NCBI GenBank assembly: GCA_937625935.1 | Contig: OW569379.1 | Span: 124,001-188,000, forward strand | DNA: 64,000 bases | DNA from: Tetramitus jugosus | Taxonomy: Eukaryota; Protista; Heterolobosea | Direction of reading: 5' to 3' | Shown: positions 32,844-43,983 of the stretch, one piece after another | How the letters are laid out: the number at the start of each line of letters is the position of its first letter | Numbering within the stretch: position 1 is the stretch's first letter | Made by a program: the position numbers and the translations under genes | The notes under the pieces: model-generated | What the model was told of the DNA's origin: nothing | What the model saw: the letters and a program-made list of their open reading frames with translations, nothing else | Database searches by the model: none

Positions 32844-35800
32844 TTATTGCAAAATACAAACTTTTGACTCAGACTGAGACACATCTGCAGAGCTGGCCTT
32901 CTTTTTCTTCTTGTCTATAGACTTAGTTTCTTCATCATGCTTGGGCTCGTGACTCTTCTCCTTCTTGGCGTTCTTGTCTTTACGGTCCTTCTCCTTTTTA
33001 TCCTTCTTGTCCTTCTTTTCTTTCTTATCCTTCTCTTTCTTTTCTTTCTTGTCCTTTGTTGTCGTTCCAGCAATTCTCAATATCCATTGATGATTAGGAG
33101 CGGAAGGTGAGGGAGTCCATAAGAAAGGTGATTGAAACTTTTCATCTAGATGCGTCGTGGCACCAACATTCGAGTCCAATGCAAGAGAATTGTGAACGTT
33201 AACAATGACGAATTCTCCAGGTGTTCCAGTAGGGTCCAATCTCCATTGATGATTGGGTTGATTTGTGGGAGTCCATAGAAATGGAACAGGATACGCATTA
33301 TGGTGCTGCAACACGAAGGTATTCCCATCAAGACACATTTCAGAGCCCAAATATTTCGTCTGAATAGAATAATTACCAGTTGATTGTCCTTTGAACATCC
33401 ATCTTTGACTAGGGGATGTTTCAGACAATGTGTTCAGGAACACACGTGGATGATTGTCGGATAGTTGGGCGATCGTCTTCGCATCAGCATCGAGAGCTTG
33501 ACCAGAACTCTTACTGATGATAAAGTATTCAACATGAGCAATGGGGAACTTATTCATAAGTCTTTCTCTCTTAAATTTTTTCCTCTGAGCGTTTAGATGA
33601 CCATCAAAGTCATCTTCATCTTCAGAGTCCGAGTCATCAGATGGAATATACACCAAACCCTTCTTCTCATATCGCAGTCTTCTTTCCTCGCGCAGTGCCT
33701 GCTTTTTCTCCTTTTTCTTCTGATTCATTTCAATCTTTCTCTGTCTCATATCTTCCAACTCAATCTTCAATCGGTTGTTCTCTTCAACGAGGTTGGCATT
33801 CTCAGCCAAGAGATGCTCTGTTTGTATTTGAGTCTCATGTGATTGTTGGAGGGTATAGGGATTGGATCCAAAGCCTGCAAAATCAGAGGATAGAGGAAAT
33901 GATGTGGATTGAGTAAGTGATGTTGATGTTTGACTGGGTTGATAAGACTTTCCTGCTCGATTAGCAGCTTCTCGATCAAAGAAAGGATCATTGTTCTCGT
34001 TCAAGACGAAGAAGGGATCAACTCTGGATAATTCATATACTTCTCTCATACGATGCACAGAACTAGCAAATGTGTCTTCAGACCACTCAGTCTCCCAACC
34101 AACAGATTCGTTACGCACCAAGACAGTCACAATATGGGTTATTGGATCAAACTTGAGCTCAAAGTCTGTGTCTACCTTCATCTGATTACTAATAAAGTTG
34201 ACCTCATTAATGAGGGGAATAAGTCGGATGAAGACATCGTTGATATTGATAGCACCCATGGACTTCTGTACGACATCATTCAATACTCTTTTCTCTTCTT
34301 CCAACTCTGCCTGGTGTTGCTGTCCTCTCAAAGAATACTTTTCTATCTTGGCTACTTCTCTCTTTTTAGCCGCTTCAACTTCAGCTACTAAGAGCTTCAT
34401 TTGTTCTTCCAGTCTCTGTTTTTCGGCTGCATCTTGTTCGTTGAGTTCAGCCATTCTCTTCGTAATCTCAGCTTCCTTCTTCTTCATTTCTTCTTCCTTT
34501 AATCTAACAGCATCTTTTTCTAGTTGGAGCTTTTGTTCCATCTCAAGTTTCTGTTGTGCAATTCTCTTTTCGAATTCCTCAACCTTAAGTTGCTGATCTT
34601 GTTCCATTCGAGCCTTTTGTTGTTGAAGTTCTTGATATTTCAATCTCTCTTCTTCGAGTTTCTTCTTATAGTCATCTTCCTTGAGTTTCATTTCTTCAGC
34701 ATTCCTCTGTTCTCTGAGGGACAGTTCTTCCTTTCGAGATTTAATGAATTCTAATTCATTCTCTAACTTCAATCGTACGGGGGTATCTTGTTGTGGTAAT
34801 TGTTGAATGTGACGTTGAAGTTCTGCTTCCTTGTTTTTCAACACTTCTCTTTCCTTTTGTATTGTTGAGTCTAACTCCGCCTTTTGTTGAGCCAGTTTAT
34901 CTTCAAATTCCTTCAACTGCTTCTGTTGCTCTTGTTCTTCATGCTCCTTCTCCATAGTTCTAATTTTGAATGCCTTTTCTTGAGCTAAATTCTCAGCTAA
35001 TTCTTGTATTGCCATTCGCCAGTCAATTTGCTGAGCCGTGTCCGAAAGATTAGAAGGATCAGGAATAACGATTCTAAAAAAGTGATTCATTCCTAGTACT
35101 ACTCTATCTGCATGTTTCACTTCTGTCTTACCCGAGATAAGAGCACCATTAATATACACTGTAAACTCAGGTCCAGCAGGTTCGATGAATAATTGTACTC
35201 CCTTGTTGTCTTTTTCTTTCTCATAGTACTCGAAGTTTGTGATGAAGAAAGTGGCGTGAAGTTTTCCAATACCGAGTCCTGATAGAGGAACATCTGGGTT
35301 ATTTTCTTCATTCGTCGCAGCTCCTACAGTTGTTTTCTCTTTGAGCAATGGATAGATAAGCTGATCACACATCTGAGGATCTTCATTCAAATTTACAATG
35401 TGAATATGTTTCAACCTATCGAGCTTGGCTGCGGTTGAATCAGATCCGAGACCATATTTCTTCAAAGCGTCATTTCTTTCTTGTTCGAGTTGTAGTGTTC
35501 TCTTTTCTTTCTCTTCGACTGTCATACTCAATTCTGCAATAATCTTCTGTGATTGATCTAGAGAGAGGTGTAACCGTTTTGTTTCTTCGTCACTCACACC
35601 AGTGCTAGGTCCAGATGCAGGTGATTCCCCATCTAATTGAATCTTTAGCTTCTCGATTTCTGCTTTGAGTTCCTTGATCAATTTCACATTTGGGTCTTCG
35701 TTTACAATAGCAACATTTTGAATCTTCTTTGCTCTGTCAGCATACCTGAGTGTACTCAAACTTTCATCATAGTTGATGGATGCCGGTGAAATAGCAGCAA

Positions 35801-36831
35801 TCATAATGGTTTTAGAATTACCTCCTAAACTTTCCTTCATAATAAAGGTCAGTACAGAGTTTCTGTATGGTACAAACACACCAGATTTACCAGAGGACTT
35901 GTCTGCCAGAGCAGATATAACATTTCCTAGACTTGTCAAAGACAAGTTAATATTAATTCCTTCTTTCATTGTTTGTCCCTTGGCACCTGTTGCAGAGAGT
36001 TTTTCACTACCAGCCAAATCGACAAGATTGATTCTACTGACTCTGTCATGCTTATTTCCATTGGTTTCATTGACAGTTGATTGAGTAAAAATGAGAGTAA
36101 ACAACGTGTGGGCTCTGGAGCTAGTTTTGTTCATGTTGGTTGAGGCTACAGTTCTAGCAGCGGTACCCTTTGCCATTAAGCTGTCCACTTCCTGATAGTT
36201 GTTGACAAGGATTGGTGTTAGTCCTTCGACATAGGGTCCTGTCTTGGGATGATCTCTCACTTTTAAGCCACCAGGAGGATTCTTTTGAGGATTGAACAAA
36301 TCTCTGACTTCCTCATTATAAATTTCCATCATTGTACACTCGACTTGGTATTGGATCGTTGATCCAGCAGTCTTTGCTGCCTCAATTCTTTGGAAAATGG
36401 TGTCACAAACCTTTGGAATGATACCTTTATCCTCTCCATAACCAACCATACTATAACTCTTGCCACTACCCGTTTGGCCATATGCGAACAAGGAAGTATT
36501 GTATCCCTCGAATGCATTGTCCAAAACAAGAACTCCCAAGTCATTAAACACCTTATTGTTGTCCTGTTCGTTTCAACATAAAATGAGTTACTAACTGTGC
36601 GTAAAATTAAGGTAAATTTCGAATTAGTCAACATACAGCAAAATGGGCATCTTCACTATTGTGAGACCAATAACTGTAATCAAAGGTGAAAGTTTGTGGC
36701 TTATCTGAGGCAGAAGCACCTTGAAGGGTGGTGCCTGCACCCTGCATCGTAACAATACATGTAGAATTAGCTGTCTTCTCACGGTCGTTGAATGGACGTA
36801 CTCTTACTGCAACCTTGACTGCGCTCGACAT
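32844..36831 (-). CDS. Kinesin-3 motor with FHA, coiled coil, C-terminal ricin-B-like beta-trefoil and polybasic CaaX tail; 2 exons (36831-36637, 36563-32844)
   Basis: VKVAVRVRPFN, GQTGSGKS, SSRAH, LVDLAGSE, LNEDPQM plus FHA. Intron GTATGT...CAG at 36636-36564. QRW/HQW/HQW repeats; ends KKKK...VCILQ. Confidence 0.93.
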
Positions 36832-37009
36832 TGTGTTGGTTTTATTAATGTTTGTGGTTGTTGATTGTTCTGCGAGTGGAAAAAATCAAAGTTGTAGAAC
36901 CATCATTTCCATAACCGTCACACAACCAAGTTGTAGATCAAACTTGGCTAACCGATGATGGTTTGTCGGAGTTAAATAATTAGCAGTACTGTTCGCGAAA
37001 GAACAGTAA

Positions 37010-37966
37010 TCAGAGAGTTCCATGTGTAGTTCCGTCAGATAGCAGAGCGCGTTTCCTATACCGCTCTTGAACTTCTTCTTGTTGCGCATGTTCTTCGTCC
37101 AATTGCTTCGTCCGATTGTAGAAGTCACGAGCATTGAACGAGTCAGAGGATGATGACATATCCCACAATGACGCTTTCGAGCTAGAGTTCAGGTTTTCAT
37201 AGCCACAAGTTTGCTTGTAGCTATTGAATTCCTCTACTCCTTCTCTGCCTGCCTCAAAAACCAACAATTCCGTGGTTGTCAATCTCTTTGTAGCTTCTGA
37301 GTAGTTGTGAGAAGTGGCATTCTGTGCCTCATTCAGAATCTTCAAGAATCGTTTCTTGAATGCAGGTGTCAACACTTGACTCATTCGTTCACCAAATTGA
37401 CGATACTTGGCTGATGATCCAGCAACAGTCAACAACTCTGACACTTGCGAACCAAACACAAAGTAATACTTGTTCATTCCTCTGGCATTGCACGTTGTTG
37501 CCTCAGCTTCCAATTGCTCCAATGTTGAGAAGCATTTGGGTGGCATGACAGAGACGTGACCCTGTTGTGTCAGCACTGCACTCAGCCACAATGGAAGCTC
37601 CATTCTCGAGTTTTTCTTGATGCGATCAAACTTTTGCTTGTCTGGAACAGACCCTTGTTGCTGTTGACCATTGCCATTCAACACTGAACTCTCAACAGAA
37701 AATTCCGAGTTGGAAGTTTGACTCACAGAGTCATCGTCATACATGGAAGACGATGGTTGACTCATCGATGAGGTTTGCGACTGTGAGTCCGGTATGAACA
37801 GAGGCACTTGACCAGCAGAGAAGAAGGGATTGACAAAGTAGACGTTGCTTTGGAAGGAGACTGGCATTAGCTCCTGTTCAGAAATAATGTCATCAATGTT
37901 AAAGTAGTCACTTGAGAAGAAGGATTGTTCCTCTTGTTGTTGTTCGTCTTCTTCCGTCCCTGACAT
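37010..37966 (-). CDS. GINS3: GINS complex subunit Psf3
   Basis: DYFNIDDIISEQE, MELPLWL, NKYYFVFG. ATG at 37966. Confidence 0.85.
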   Translation of the reverse strand: MSGTEEDEQQQEEQSFFSSDYFNIDDIISEQELMPVSFQSNVYFVNPFFSAGQVPLFIPDSQSQTSSMSQPSSSMYDDDSVSQTSNSEFSVESSVLNGNGQQQQGSVPDKQKFDRIKKNSRMELPLWLSAVLTQQGHVSVMPPKCFSTLEQLEAEATTCNARGMNKYYFVFGSQVSELLTVAGSSAKYRQFGERMSQVLTPAFKKRFLKILNEAQNATSHNYSEATKRLTTTELLVFEAGREGVEEFNSYKQTCGYENLNSSSKASLWDMSSSSDSFNARDFYNRTKQLDEEHAQQEEVQERYRKRALLSDGTTHGTL

Positions 37967-38202
37967 GTTGGTTTTTGTTGCGATATTTTTTGGCGCGAAA
38001 GAAGAAAACGATAAAATTTGGAGGGAAAAAGTGTTGTCAATATTGTCTGTTTGATTCAATCATACCCTTTGTTCGTTGGGACTGTTGAAGGAGTTGATTC
38101 AAATTTGGAAGAAAACTCCGAAAAGGAATCGAGCTATACCTATCAATACAATGAAAGGAGGTTGTTTGTTGTATAAAAAGTGACAATCTCAAGTACCTGG
38201 AA

Positions 38203-38439
38203 ATGAAACAATCAAACACAGGAACCTTCCAATGCGCCTCTTCTGATGCATGTTGCCACAACATTATTGGCGCGTATTGGGATGTCTGTTATTCCACCGC
38301 CACTCACGTTTGCAACGCAGATCTATACAATCCATCGTATAATTGTCTCTGCGGGATTCGCGATGCTTGCTGCAATGGTGTTTGCTTCGACAAGTATCTC
38401 TACAAGTGCAGTTATGGAAAAGTTGTTCAATTGAAGTAA
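38203..38439 (+). CDS. Small cysteine-rich protein (78 aa, 10 Cys, two DACC..C(Y/F)..C repeats; CBM52-like pattern)
   Basis: DACC occurs twice; TATAAAA lies ~30 bp upstream; no signal peptide seen. Confidence 0.5.
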   Translation: MKQSNTGTFQCASSDACCHNIIGAYWDVCYSTATHVCNADLYNPSYNCLCGIRDACCNGVCFDKYLYKCSYGKVVQLK

Positions 38440-38525
38440 TTCTCGTATAAATCAAATAAGTGTCTTCAAAGGGAATATTTGACTAGTTGGCAACGTTTTG
38501 TTTGGTTCAGAAGTAAGAGTGCAAA

Positions 38526-38645
38526 AGCCTACATTACTGAGGGTTCTCGAGTAGTCTCCTATCTCAATACTAACTCAGCCAGATGGTGCTTAACTTCTCT
38601 ATTCGAAATGGGAAGAGGTGGTTCCACCATTGTATGAACGTAGAC
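38526..38645 (-). rRNA. 5S rRNA gene, copy 1
   Basis: Minus strand reads GTCTACGTTCATAC...CGAATAGAGAAGTTAAGC...AGTATTGAGATAGGAGACT...TGTAGGC followed by TTTT. Terminal helix I, box A/C-like motifs, ~120 nt, Pol III terminator. Confidence 0.93.
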
Positions 38646-39348
38646 ATTCTTTATGAAAATTGGAGCAATCTCCGCGTTTTGGTGCTGAGCGGAATGTGCC
38701 CTCGAGGTGCATGATCGGTTCGAAGTCGCATCATATGTTGAGCATCATGATTGCCAGATGAGAAACTGTCAAAGTAATCTGATTGGAGAGCATAGAACCT
38801 GGTGGTTAATGGACTCAGGGGCAGAAAAGAAAGCAAGAACATATGTGAACAGTGTGAAACAACAGCAATGACGCTCTGCGTGAATTAAAGAGGTGACCTA
38901 GAGCCACCGCTCTGCGAGCGATGGCAGAAGAAAACAACAGACAATAAGTGAGCAACCGAAATGGTTGTATTAAAAAAAAATGTTGCTTAACGGAATCCTG
39001 ACCCGCAGCAGTGTACTGAATTATTATTCAAGGCAACAATTGTTGTATGGAAAACAAAATCCGGTTTTGAGGATTCAGGTGTTGAAACAGGTGGCCTAGT
39101 CTTCTCAAACTCAAAGGTGACGATGTCCCGTTCGTGACCCAAAAAAAGAGGGAGCATGAGAGACTACAAGGGTGAACAAGTTTCAGCATATAAAGTGACC
39201 TTCGGGTTGCAATGATTTGAAGATGGAGAGTACTGGAATAAGGTGATCTTGTCCGCTGAAACAATCGGGAAAATTCGAACTGTTGTGCCAAGTTCTGATC
39301 GCTGGGACCATCACAAAAGCCAAGAAACTTGCTCAAGGACCAACAACA

Positions 39349-39903
39349 ATGGGAAATTTTATCACATCTCTTTTTAGTGGCATGTGGGAGAACAAGAAGG
39401 CAAGAATCCTTGTTCTGGGGTTAGATGCAGCAGGCAAGACAACCATACTTTATATGCTGAAACTTGGTGAGGATGTGGTGACTATCCCGACCATCGGATT
39501 CAATGTTGAAACTGTTAAATACAAGAATATTGACTTTACCATGTGGGATGTAGGTTGTAATGAGCGAATTCGCTCTCTGTGTTTTAAACATTACCTTGAG
39601 GGTACAGATGCTCTAATTTATGTCGTAGATAGCGATGATCGGGACAGAATATCTGAAGCCAGAGATGAACTGCATAAGTATTTATCTAATGAACTGTTAA
39701 CCAATGTTCCAGTATTGATCTTAGCAAACAAACAAGATCTCCCACACTCGTTGTGTGCCGCGGAGGTTCGGCAGCAAATGAACATGCACGAACTTTTACA
39801 AAAGAACTGGATTGTTCAACCCACGTGTGCAAAGTCTGGAGAGGGATTAACTCAAGGGTTAGACTGGTTGGCAAATCAACTGCATGATAATTCTGTTGTT
39901 TAG
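39349..39903 (+). CDS. ADP-ribosylation factor family GTPase (divergent switch II)
   Basis: MGNF myristoylation start, [31 protein letters not shown]. Confidence 0.93.
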   Translation: MGNFITSLFSGMWENKKARILVLGLDAAGKTTILYMLKLGEDVVTIPTIGFNVETVKYKNIDFTMWDVGCNERIRSLCFKHYLEGTDALIYVVDSDDRDRISEARDELHKYLSNELLTNVPVLILANKQDLPHSLCAAEVRQQMNMHELLQKNWIVQPTCAKSGEGLTQGLDWLANQLHDNSVV

Positions 39904-40174
39904 GATAAAGGAAATGGGACAGCAACTCGGAATAGAGCGCGATCCCACGAGCCACTTTGTGACTCTGAACTGTGAAGGCTTAAAACGATATGCTTGGAAG
40001 TGTTTGGAATAAAATTCTTGCTCCATTCACAACATCTTAAATCCTTGACAAACACCAACTTCCCCCACAAAGCGAGTATGGGTTTTATGATTTTTCACCA
40101 TTGAATCAAACCGCGCCAAAAAGAGTTCCAGAATTTCGGAGAACAACCACCAGCAACCCAAATCCAAAAAAATT

Positions 40175-41077
40175 ATGAAGAGGAGAAGAACAAGTTCCTT
40201 GGTGGCACCAACACAAACTCCAAATGGCAGACACAAATTTCAAACCTTTCCAAGTGAATTAATCGGCGCCATCATGGACTACATCCCAGAATACGAGGAG
40301 GAAGAAGTCAATAATGATGATGATGATGATGAGGAAAATGTTGAATCTACCACTGCCACTACTGTGCTTTCACCCATTGTCAGTTTTGGAGTCACCTGCC
40401 AAGCGTTTTACAAGGTTTTTCAGAATCATCCCAGAAGCTTTTATTTCCAGTTGAGGAACCGTTTGCCAGAAGTGATCGAGTATCACCAAAATTCGATCAC
40501 CTATGTCAAATCACTAAAAAAACTGATCAAGAAACATGAGAATCAACTGTTTTTACAGAGTGAACTCGATAAGAAGAGAGAGGAATGGAATGAATGGATG
40601 AACGTGCTTGGTGAGGAGGATAGGAGCAGAAGAATTGTTCTTTGTGACATTGATATGAAGAGATTGAATCAATCAGTGAGACAACTCGTATGGGACCAGG
40701 TGTTCCAAAAGGTGAGCTACAGCTGTATCAAGATCAGTAGAGCGGATTATCACTGCAATTATGATGCAACTGTTGAGGTTGGAGGCCTTGTGATCACACA
40801 TTGGTCCTATGATGACCAAGGATGCAGTACTCAATGGAATGTATCGGTTCGAAGTAGAACACAACAAGATATCAAGCGTGTCCTTAGTTTTGAAGATGAT
40901 GTTCTTTCATACTCTAGGAACGCATTGCAATTCATTCGATCTCATTTGGAGTTGGACAAATGTAAGCTATCAGATAAAGAGCTCCTGAAAATAGTGGTAT
41001 TGGCTCTTCCTTGGAAGTGGGGAAGAAACTGTGTTTTTATGACTGATGAAATGGAAGCATACGACGAATTACCATAA
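40175..41077 (+). CDS. Hypothetical protein with N-terminal F-box-like motif
   Basis: FQTFPSELIGAIMDYI ... SFGVTCQAFY. Confidence 0.65.
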   Translation: MKRRRTSSLVAPTQTPNGRHKFQTFPSELIGAIMDYIPEYEEEEVNNDDDDDEENVESTTATTVLSPIVSFGVTCQAFYKVFQNHPRSFYFQLRNRLPEVIEYHQNSITYVKSLKKLIKKHENQLFLQSELDKKREEWNEWMNVLGEEDRSRRIVLCDIDMKRLNQSVRQLVWDQVFQKVSYSCIKISRADYHCNYDATVEVGGLVITHWSYDDQGCSTQWNVSVRSRTQQDIKRVLSFEDDVLSYSRNALQFIRSHLELDKCKLSDKELLKIVVLALPWKWGRNCVFMTDEMEAYDELP

Positions 41078-41179
41078 ATACAATCAAAATACGAACACTC
41101 CCCACAATCAAACTAGAACACCACTCCCAAACATATCACACTCGCACATGCAGAGACAAACGACAACAAGACTGGCAAA

Positions 41180-41299
41180 AGCCTACATTACTGAGGGTTC
41201 TCGAGTAGTCTCCTATCTCAATACTAACTCAGCCAGATGGTGCTTAACTTCTCTATTCGAAATGGGAAGAGGTGGTTCCACCATTGTATGAACGTAGAC
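41180..41299 (-). rRNA. 5S rRNA gene, copy 2 (identical to copy 1)
   Basis: 126-bp exact match of 41175-41300 to 38521-38646; flanks unrelated. Confidence 0.93.
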
Positions 41300-41452
41300 A
41301 GTCATGACGTATTCTTGCAATTTTTGGCGCCGGTGCGCCCGTCATTTGTTGGCCCTAGACGCTCTGTTCGACGAATTGCGCTATTACTTGGTTTGTGATA
41401 AAAGCAATAGACTCTTGCGTTTAAGTCGCGTTGCTTATTTGTTCCGATTTAT

Positions 41453-41845
41453 TCAGAAAACATTCATACTTTGTCTCAATCGCTCTTGAGCCGTATGACA
41501 ATACTCTTGCTTAAAAAAATTGTATCCTTCTGGCATCAATTCATTCATCTTGTTTTTTGCGTCTTCCACAGTCATAGTTCCACTGTATGACTTTCCAGTT
41601 TTCTGCTTTGTCCAAGTATGACCATTGCACCAAATGTCCTCATAGCCATCATAAGTTTTGAGTACAGTGTATGTTACTGGAATTGCATGTGCTCCACCTC
41701 CAGTAATCTTCTTTGTGTACTCAATAAGGTAGTAGTGTTGGTCTCTAGTTCGAACGAGAATACCAGAGTGAGCAAAGTGACCCAGGTGATGCGGAGACAT
41801 GTCCAAATCTCTTCGGATTACGTAAACGTGTTCAATTTGACTCAT
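41453..41845 (-). CDS. Small permuted papain-like (PPPDE/LRAT-like) peptidase/amidase
   Basis: AHSGILV...YLIEY ... YNFFKQEYCH, with His before Cys as in permuted papain folds. Start uncertain. Confidence 0.55.
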   Translation of the reverse strand: MSQIEHVYVIRRDLDMSPHHLGHFAHSGILVRTRDQHYYLIEYTKKITGGGAHAIPVTYTVLKTYDGYEDIWCNGHTWTKQKTGKSYSGTMTVEDAKNKMNELMPEGYNFFKQEYCHTAQERLRQSMNVF

Positions 41846-42124
41846 AAATGCGGAAACGACGAGTATCATCGCTTTGACTTGTATGTTGCTTTGTTGGTGT
41901 AAGCCCGAAGCCGATAGATCACTTGGCACTGTCGTCAATTCTAAAAATTACGATACAAAGAGATCCTGGTATACTGCGGACACACAACAAAACAAAGTTT
42001 GTATGAGAAAGGACTCATTGCGGAGATCCTGGTTGTATTTCCACAAACATCAAGTTTTAATTCTCCTTAGTAAACAAAGTTCCACAAAGAAGAAACAAGA
42101 AGAAATTTCGATTGTACAACAAGA

Positions 42125-42355
42125 ATGACGAAGAAAAAACCAAGTACGGCTCATGTGGAATCATCAAAGGCTGAACCAGGAAGTGAACCTGTTTATTGTT
42201 TTTGCAGACAGGTGTCATACGGTCAAATGATTGCCTGTGATCATGAGAGTTGCGAAAGAGAATGGTTTCATTTTGGTTGTGTTGGGTTGACTGATGCACC
42301 CAAGGGCAAATGGTACTGTCCTGATTGTTGCAAACTCATGACGGACAAGAAATAG
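42125..42355 (+). CDS. Stand-alone ING-type PHD finger protein (76 aa)
   Basis: [35 protein letters not shown]...[10 protein letters not shown]. Confidence 0.85.
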   Translation: MTKKKPSTAHVESSKAEPGSEPVYCFCRQVSYGQMIACDHESCEREWFHFGCVGLTDAPKGKWYCPDCCKLMTDKK

Positions 42356-42712
42356 GTAGATGAAAATGTGTTGCATGTAACTATCATCTTGTACGTAAAG
42401 CAATTCCGCCAGAAATTATTCGCCATAGTTCTTTTGTTCACAGCGTCCTTGTTCGTTTCTGATGGGAAACTGTAGTGGATGACTTCCACAACTAATCTGA
42501 GCGTGGTAACCAGAATCAGGTTCAACTTCTAACAAATCAGATGTTTTAATCCATTTGGGAACCGGAACGAGCACGTGGTCCTAAACATCTGGGACACGTG
42601 GTTGAACTCCCGACCCGAGGACAATCAGAACATCTGAACTTTAGCCGTGGGACAAATCGAAAAGACAGAAAACCAACAAAATCAAAGTTGTATCCCTTCC
42701 CTCTACACAACA

Positions 42713-43888
42713 ATGATGAAAGCTCAAATAATTGAAGACTACTGCGAAACCCCAAATTTCATACTCAAAGATGTCGAAAAGCCAACTGAACTGGATGAGA
42801 ATCAAATTCTCGTAAATATGAAAGTAGCTGCACTGAACCAAGGTGATGCCATCATTAGAAAAGGAAATGCAAAGCTGATTTTCAAATTAAAAATGCCATG
42901 TATACTAGGTTTGGAAGGTAGTGGTACAGTGGAGATGATTGGATCCAAAGTGACAAAGTTCAAAGTCGGTGACGATGTCATTGGGCTCTATCAGAACAAT
43001 AAGACCGGCACATGTGCGGAATATGCGGTGTTTGAAGAAGAGGAAGTTGTGTTGAAGCCAAGCGAAATGTCATATCAACAAGCGAGTGTGATACCAACAG
43101 TTGGATGCACAGCCTTGACTATGTTTAGAAAACATGCTCTAATCAAAGAGGTCATAGATAGAGAAGTTGAACATTCATTGCAGCATGGCAAGTTAACAGA
43201 TGGACTTGCAGAGAATGATCGTCCAAATTTGAAGATTCTTGTCATTGGAGCATCTGGAGGATGTGGAACTGCTGCAATTGTATTTGCCAAGGGATTTCTA
43301 ACTCGATACTTTAACGTCAAAGTTTATGCAGTTTGTTCAGAAAGAAATACCCAGGTAGTTTCGTCCCTTGGTGCGGATGTAGTAATTGACTATACCAAAA
43401 CGACCGCAAACTCTGGTGCACACACAATGCATCCCAAAGACGATCCATCAAGTGGTCCAAGCATCTGTGAAGTCGTCAAAGAGCATGGCGACAATTATGT
43501 AGATATTGTTCTAGATTGTGTTGGAGGATACTACTTCTATGACGATGTTTGTAGGAACCTATGTACAGAAGGAGTAAATCAAGTAGTATACTCTTGCATA
43601 GCTCCACCAGGTCCTTTAGAAGTGAATCTGAAGACACTTGTGCAATTGGGATCATACATTGTATATAACAAAGTGAAGTCATACTTTTCTGGATACCCGA
43701 GTTACTATTTTGCGGAAATGAAGCCTAATGGAAAGGATTTGTATTTTGTAACTCATCATGCTCTGATGGAAAAGAATTGTTATGAAATGATTCCTATAGT
43801 TCCTTTCTCATTCACGGATATTAATGGAGCACATTTGCTTCTGGAATCAAAACGAACTGTTGGAAAGATTGCTCTCGATATTCAATAA
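42713..43888 (+). CDS. NADPH:quinone reductase-like medium-chain dehydrogenase (MDR, RTN4IP1/AST1-like)
   Basis: AALNQGD, ILGLEGSGTV, GTCAEY, IGASGGCG, LGADVVIDY, TVGKI. Confidence 0.85.
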   Translation: MMKAQIIEDYCETPNFILKDVEKPTELDENQILVNMKVAALNQGDAIIRKGNAKLIFKLKMPCILGLEGSGTVEMIGSKVTKFKVGDDVIGLYQNNKTGTCAEYAVFEEEEVVLKPSEMSYQQASVIPTVGCTALTMFRKHALIKEVIDREVEHSLQHGKLTDGLAENDRPNLKILVIGASGGCGTAAIVFAKGFLTRYFNVKVYAVCSERNTQVVSSLGADVVIDYTKTTANSGAHTMHPKDDPSSGPSICEVVKEHGDNYVDIVLDCVGGYYFYDDVCRNLCTEGVNQVVYSCIAPPGPLEVNLKTLVQLGSYIVYNKVKSYFSGYPSYYFAEMKPNGKDLYFVTHHALMEKNCYEMIPIVPFSFTDINGAHLLLESKRTVGKIALDIQ

Positions 43889-43983
43889 ATCCTGATTTGC
43901 CCAGATCGTAAGCAGTTTTTTGAATGATCTTTCATCTTTTCCTAAAGTAAAAACTCAACACTGAAGGAATGGATACTGTAGAT

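Noticed and set aside
38970-39150. Possible Pol III ncRNA ending in a T-run on the minus strand between the 5S and Arf genes
   Set aside because: No tRNA, U6, SRP or RNase P/MRP motifs could be identified.
41046-41291. 81-aa ORF overlapping 5S copy 2, and short ORFs over the tRNA at 62354-62601
   Set aside because: Explained by the RNA genes; no coding signal.
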